DNA of 61,058 nt, the filler included. It is 8 parts of 8 records of this genome, joined end to end, with 100 filler letters (N's around TTAATTAATTAA, not from the genome) between each part and the next. Parts side by side here need not be neighbours in the genome. Positions count along the whole stretch, not along the records: positions 47,463 to 61,058 come from SRR31147125_49531; 7 more parts are not named here. One strand, given 5' to 3'. Shown in pieces: positions 57,078 to 61,058 of this stretch. Made by a program: the position numbers and the translations under genes. Every line of letters begins with the position of its first letter. Within the stretch, counting starts at the first letter, position 1. The notes under the pieces were generated by a model, which was not told where the DNA came from, made no database searches, and saw nothing but the letters and a program-made list of their open reading frames with translations.

Positions 57078-59548
57078 TTAATTTAAAAGATCCTGTGCAG
57101 CGAGCACCAGAAACATAAAATTGGTTGCCCCTCCCCCATAACATACTCTGACTGTTGCCAGAAATAGGGCCATATTTTCAATTCGGGGAAATCAGGACGA
57201 ATGAGTGCAGTACCGGAAACAGAACCCCCAGGTATATATGACCAGTCGTCACGATTCACGCCATAGGCAACTATTATGGATTCGGCACCAACACCTGAGA
57301 CAAACGAAGACGAATTCATACCCGGATGCGAACCAAGAATAAAATTCAGGGCATTGAACATGGGTTCTGCAGAAAAAATATCCGGAAAAGCACGGTGTAA
57401 AAAGTACATTTTGACACCAAATTCCTGTATTCCCCATCCCGCACCCCAAATATCGGGGGTATATTTCACCCCAAATGGTGTTTCTTTTACCATTTCTTCA
57501 ATCTGCAAAGCATATTTTTCCAAAGCGGCACTGAAAGCATGACTAAATTCTTCATTCCGGATAATATTCACTATCCTGCTGACAGATAGGGCGGTCCTGT
57601 TTATATTATTTATGATTTGTTCCTGTCTTTTAACAAGGAATTCAGAATATTTCTTATCATTGGTTGCAAGAAACAATTCAACAGACGTATCCACAAGCCC
57701 GGTATTTTCTCTTTTAGAATGAATCTCCCACAGTTTTTTTGCGATTTCCAGACATTCATTAGCCAATTGGTCATTGTACTCTTTTAAAGCACGGGATCCT
57801 GTTGCCAGACAGGCTGCAACGAGTAATTCCCTGGACGGATTTTCCTCTGTAAACACCCACCGATCGTCCATTTTACAAGTCATGTTACTATTATCGGAAA
57901 AATTTGAAGCATCATAAACAATGTTATTTGTCATAACAGATCCATCGCCTAAGAGCGTGTACTGCCTTAGATCAGAGCAGATAATGCCCCGATAAAGGCG
58001 TCCCAAAGCTTTATATCCAGCTACTATGGATAGTGCTCCATGTTCTATCTGTTGCAGGATATCTTGTTTGCCATCCGGCCGGTGCATTTCAACGAGTTTA
58101 TTATTTTGATCTATGGTGGTCACATCATAATCAGCACCAAAAAGCTCCCTGATCCAGCCGAGAATTTGCACTGTTTTCGCCTGTGATTCCACCCGTAAAT
58201 CATAATCCCCGGCATCATGCCAACCGCCAACGTTCAACCCTGGAACGTTTTCATAAGGTTTATACGTTGTCAATGTCGAAGGACCTTGCATATAACCATC
58301 AAAATGGTTCAGGTTAGTCGGTGCCATCAAGGCGTCATCGTCATGACACAGTCCATGCCACACCTTGTACCGATCGTTAACTCGCATATGACACATCTGC
58401 ACTGGCAGAAAATATTCCAGGGTGGGCTGCCAGACATGGCGATCATAAACGGTTTTGTTAATCTGAAATGGAACAAACAATTTATTACCATATTTTAATC
58501 TATAAAGTCCCGAATTTTTAACTTCCGAGAAATCGAATTGCAAATAATTGTAGCGTAAAAAAGCTCCCCATTGTTCTGGCTTGGATGTTTTTACTTCCTC
58601 AATACCTCCATTCTCAGATATTCTGCAAAGAGTCATTTCAGAAACGATCTTTTCTCTCTTGTCCAACTCGACCACAGCTGTTTTCTTTTGGTCTGGATGA
58701 TATCCAACTTGCGAAACATGAATCACAGGATCGTATTTCCACTCTTTTGTAAAACCCGGCGTGATGATCATTTCAACGGCATTTAAAAGTGTGCCTTTTT
58801 TTACCCGAGTCCGAACAATAAACCAGCCATTGTTATGCTCCCCTCGCCCGTCAATGAGCTCGATATCACTGTTGACTGCCTGAAAAGTGATTTTCTCATT
58901 TGGATTCTCTGGTACAACGATCAGCTTTTTTCCTCTGGCCAGGGATTCTGTTTGTAATTTATTTTCCTGATCGTAATAAACTGGTCCATTGACCTGTCTG
59001 GGAAAAATACCGAACTCCTCATCCATATAATAGGTTTTACTAAAATAAAATCCGGGAAAAAGCTCTAAATTAAAACCTACCTTGCCATACCATTCCTCTG
59101 GTAAGGGCTTTTCAAGATCGACAGATACCCGAAACGAGTGTCCTTCCGGTTTTACTCTGACGGTGTATTTAAAGGCTAGATCTGGATACAAGATTGGATT
59201 AAATCCTTTTCTGTTCTTTGAGGAATCAGGATACCACAAATTTGCCCGTATTTCATTATTGTCACGATCTACTTCACGTTTGCCCATTTTAGGAACGGGC
59301 TGCCATTGTCCGGGGGCCGGTTCTAGTCTTAAATCACCATTTGCGACCACACGAACACCATTTTGCACAATCGTCACACCACCCTGATGCCCATCCGGAT
59401 AAAAATCCTGAAATACCATGACGTTAAGTCCTGGTTGTTCAAAATATTCCTGGTCATTAATTACATATGTTTCTTCTGACTTTGCTGTCAACAAAACAGA
59501 CAAAATGAGTATAAGAAACGTGACAATTTTTGCATGAATATAGTTCAT
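57078..59548 (-). CDS. Glycoside hydrolase family 9 with signal peptide and N-terminal accessory/Ig domains
   Basis: IHVSQVGYHPDQKKTAV (CelD_N), GGWHDAGDY, ALNFILGSHP...SFVSGVG. Restoring one G near 57135 gives EYVMGGGATNFMFLVLAAQDLLN*. Confidence 0.9.
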
Positions 59549-59648
59549 GATTCACCCTCGAAAAAAATTATTTCTATCTTATATCGTTAAAGGAAATAAT
59601 CTCGATTATTGAAAACAGGCATCAGGAAAGCGTACAATATTATTTAAA

Positions 59649-60989
59649 TCATTGACTTAACTTACATAGATCAGATATAATTTTATCCATGTTATAACCG
59701 GAATTCACTTTTTTTATTTTTTCAACATGGCTAACATTTAAAGCAGATAATCCATGTAACGCACCACCCATAGTAGCTGCTATGGATCCGACGGTATCGT
59801 TATCCCGACCATAATTTACCCCTAATTCAATAAGAAAATTCACATCATCCTGACCAAACTCGAGCAGTGCAATAGCAACAAAAAGCATCTCCTGATTACT
59901 GCACATAAAATCCGGATCCTGTCCAAATTCATCATGCAGTTGCACAATAAACAGGATATTCTGTTTATAATTATTTGTATGTTCTCCCTGATGTTTACGA
60001 GCAATCAAGATCGCTTTCTGAATACCTGCATTCAGTCCACTTATTACAGAATCCGACCTTAAGACAATACCTGACAATCCTTCTTTGAGGATGCGATCGC
60101 TTGTTAATCTCCAGGCTTTCTCTCCTAATAGTTCTGCAATGAGAGCCACAGCGGTCGCAGGATAATAGGGTGCTTTTTTAATATCAAAAAAATCAACCTC
60201 AAGGATATACTCAAATGCCTGCTGTGGCTGCCCAGGGAAATAAGCGGCAAGTGGTAGTAAATGGATAAGTCCAAGGGGCATTTCCAGGCCTTTTTCATAG
60301 GTATTAAAATGGTATTGATACTTTATGTCACTGGAAATGAGAGCAATCGGTTGTGGTTCGAGATGCCATTCAGGAAAATATTCCGCATGGTTTTCATGCT
60401 CACTTACCCGTATATAAGCGGGCGTATAAAGACCAGGATTTTGAGGGACAAATACAGACGTTGCTGTTTTTGCCAATTCATATGCATACCACATGGCCAG
60501 AAATTTTTCTTTACGCAAAACATTTATATTACTGGAATCCTCTTTAGTGTCAGCTTGTTTGTATTTTTTGTCCCAGAGTTCAAATTCCTGATATGCTGAA
60601 CGATATTGCTCAAAAATATATGCTGCCAATTCTTCTCTTGTCATTGGCCTCTTTGATACAGTTGCATGATCTATCATAAACTGCGCAGTAGAAAGACGCA
60701 TGCGATTATCATCTGTGAACATACCAGCCGGAGCTATTGCAGGATAACAGTTCCAATGATGCTGAAACCATGGATTATATTGGGAAAAATCATCTATCCA
60801 GTTCCCCTCGACGATAAATTGCTGTGAAATTTCTCTGGATCTCCCTTCGTGTGGACCACCCATGGCATCAGCAATAGCAGATGCCAATATCATCCCCCCT
60901 ATCCGATCACAATATGTTTGAGCCTTCAGATTGAGTGAAAAAAAACAAAGAATCAAAAAGAAAAAGACCGTGTTTTTATTTTGCAGCAT
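59649..60989 (-). CDS. ADP-ribosylglycohydrolase family protein with signal peptide
   Basis: DRIGG..ASAIADAMGGPHE, FTDD, VNYGRDNDTVGSIA..MGGALHG; leader MLQNKNTVFFFLILCFFSLNLKA-Q. Confidence 0.88.
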   Translation of the reverse strand: MLQNKNTVFFFLILCFFSLNLKAQTYCDRIGGMILASAIADAMGGPHEGRSREISQQFIVEGNWIDDFSQYNPWFQHHWNCYPAIAPAGMFTDDNRMRLSTAQFMIDHATVSKRPMTREELAAYIFEQYRSAYQEFELWDKKYKQADTKEDSSNINVLRKEKFLAMWYAYELAKTATSVFVPQNPGLYTPAYIRVSEHENHAEYFPEWHLEPQPIALISSDIKYQYHFNTYEKGLEMPLGLIHLLPLAAYFPGQPQQAFEYILEVDFFDIKKAPYYPATAVALIAELLGEKAWRLTSDRILKEGLSGIVLRSDSVISGLNAGIQKAILIARKHQGEHTNNYKQNILFIVQLHDEFGQDPDFMCSNQEMLFVAIALLEFGQDDVNFLIELGVNYGRDNDTVGSIAATMGGALHGLSALNVSHVEKIKKVNSGYNMDKIISDLCKLSQ

Positions 60990-61058
60990 AGATATCCTGT
61001 GCCATTTCAGCTTAATATTATTTCGATATTGAATCCTTTATTTTAACAGAACCGCCTT

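Noticed and set aside
1-61058. rRNA, tRNA, CRISPR, phage, reverse transcriptase or defence systems
   Set aside because: I saw no such signatures by eye; small RNAs could be missed without Infernal or tRNAscan.

Overview
This is not one locus. It is eight metagenomic contigs joined by an artificial 100-nt spacer (44 N, TTAATTAATTAA, 44 N). Contigs 1-3 (1-8587, 8688-14027, 14128-21997) come from an unidentified, gene-dense microbial eukaryote with short (about 40-70 nt) GT-AG introns and the standard genetic code. By manual splicing they encode importin-4, a secreted bacterial-type sphingomyelinase, a candidate gustatory-receptor-like 7TM ion channel, PH and ankyrin fragments, a C2H2 zinc finger, an LPA1/2-PGK-like P-loop NTPase, an IQ-motif protein, a sterol C5-desaturase, a CH1-CH2/coiled-coil/GAS2-like cytolinker and mitochondrial-type TsaD (Qri7/OSGEPL1). 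Contigs 4-8 are bacterial: (4) Bacteroidota-like ArnT, argH, gltB; (5) a sigma54 regulator facing an Xdh-YgeY-HpcH-2-hydroxyacid dehydrogenase operon; (6) icd, ridA, an IS1182 remnant and a PrpR-type activator divergent from tcuA; (7) a 5'-nucleotidase/CARDB protein and a giant Cys-repeat/PKD/beta-helix lipoprotein; (8) DUF3604, BASS symporter, Tat-exported enolase-family dehydratase, exported RraA, DUF5685, GH9 and an exported ADP-ribosylglycohydrolase. Many genes carry 1-nt indels, nearly all in homopolymers, best read as sequencing errors. The most promising leads are the protist 7TM chemoreceptor-like channel, the spectraplakin-like actin-microtubule linker, the intron-bearing Vibrio-type sphingomyelinase and an apparently periplasmic acid-sugar catabolic module. 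All family assignments come from motif recognition by eye, not from database searches.
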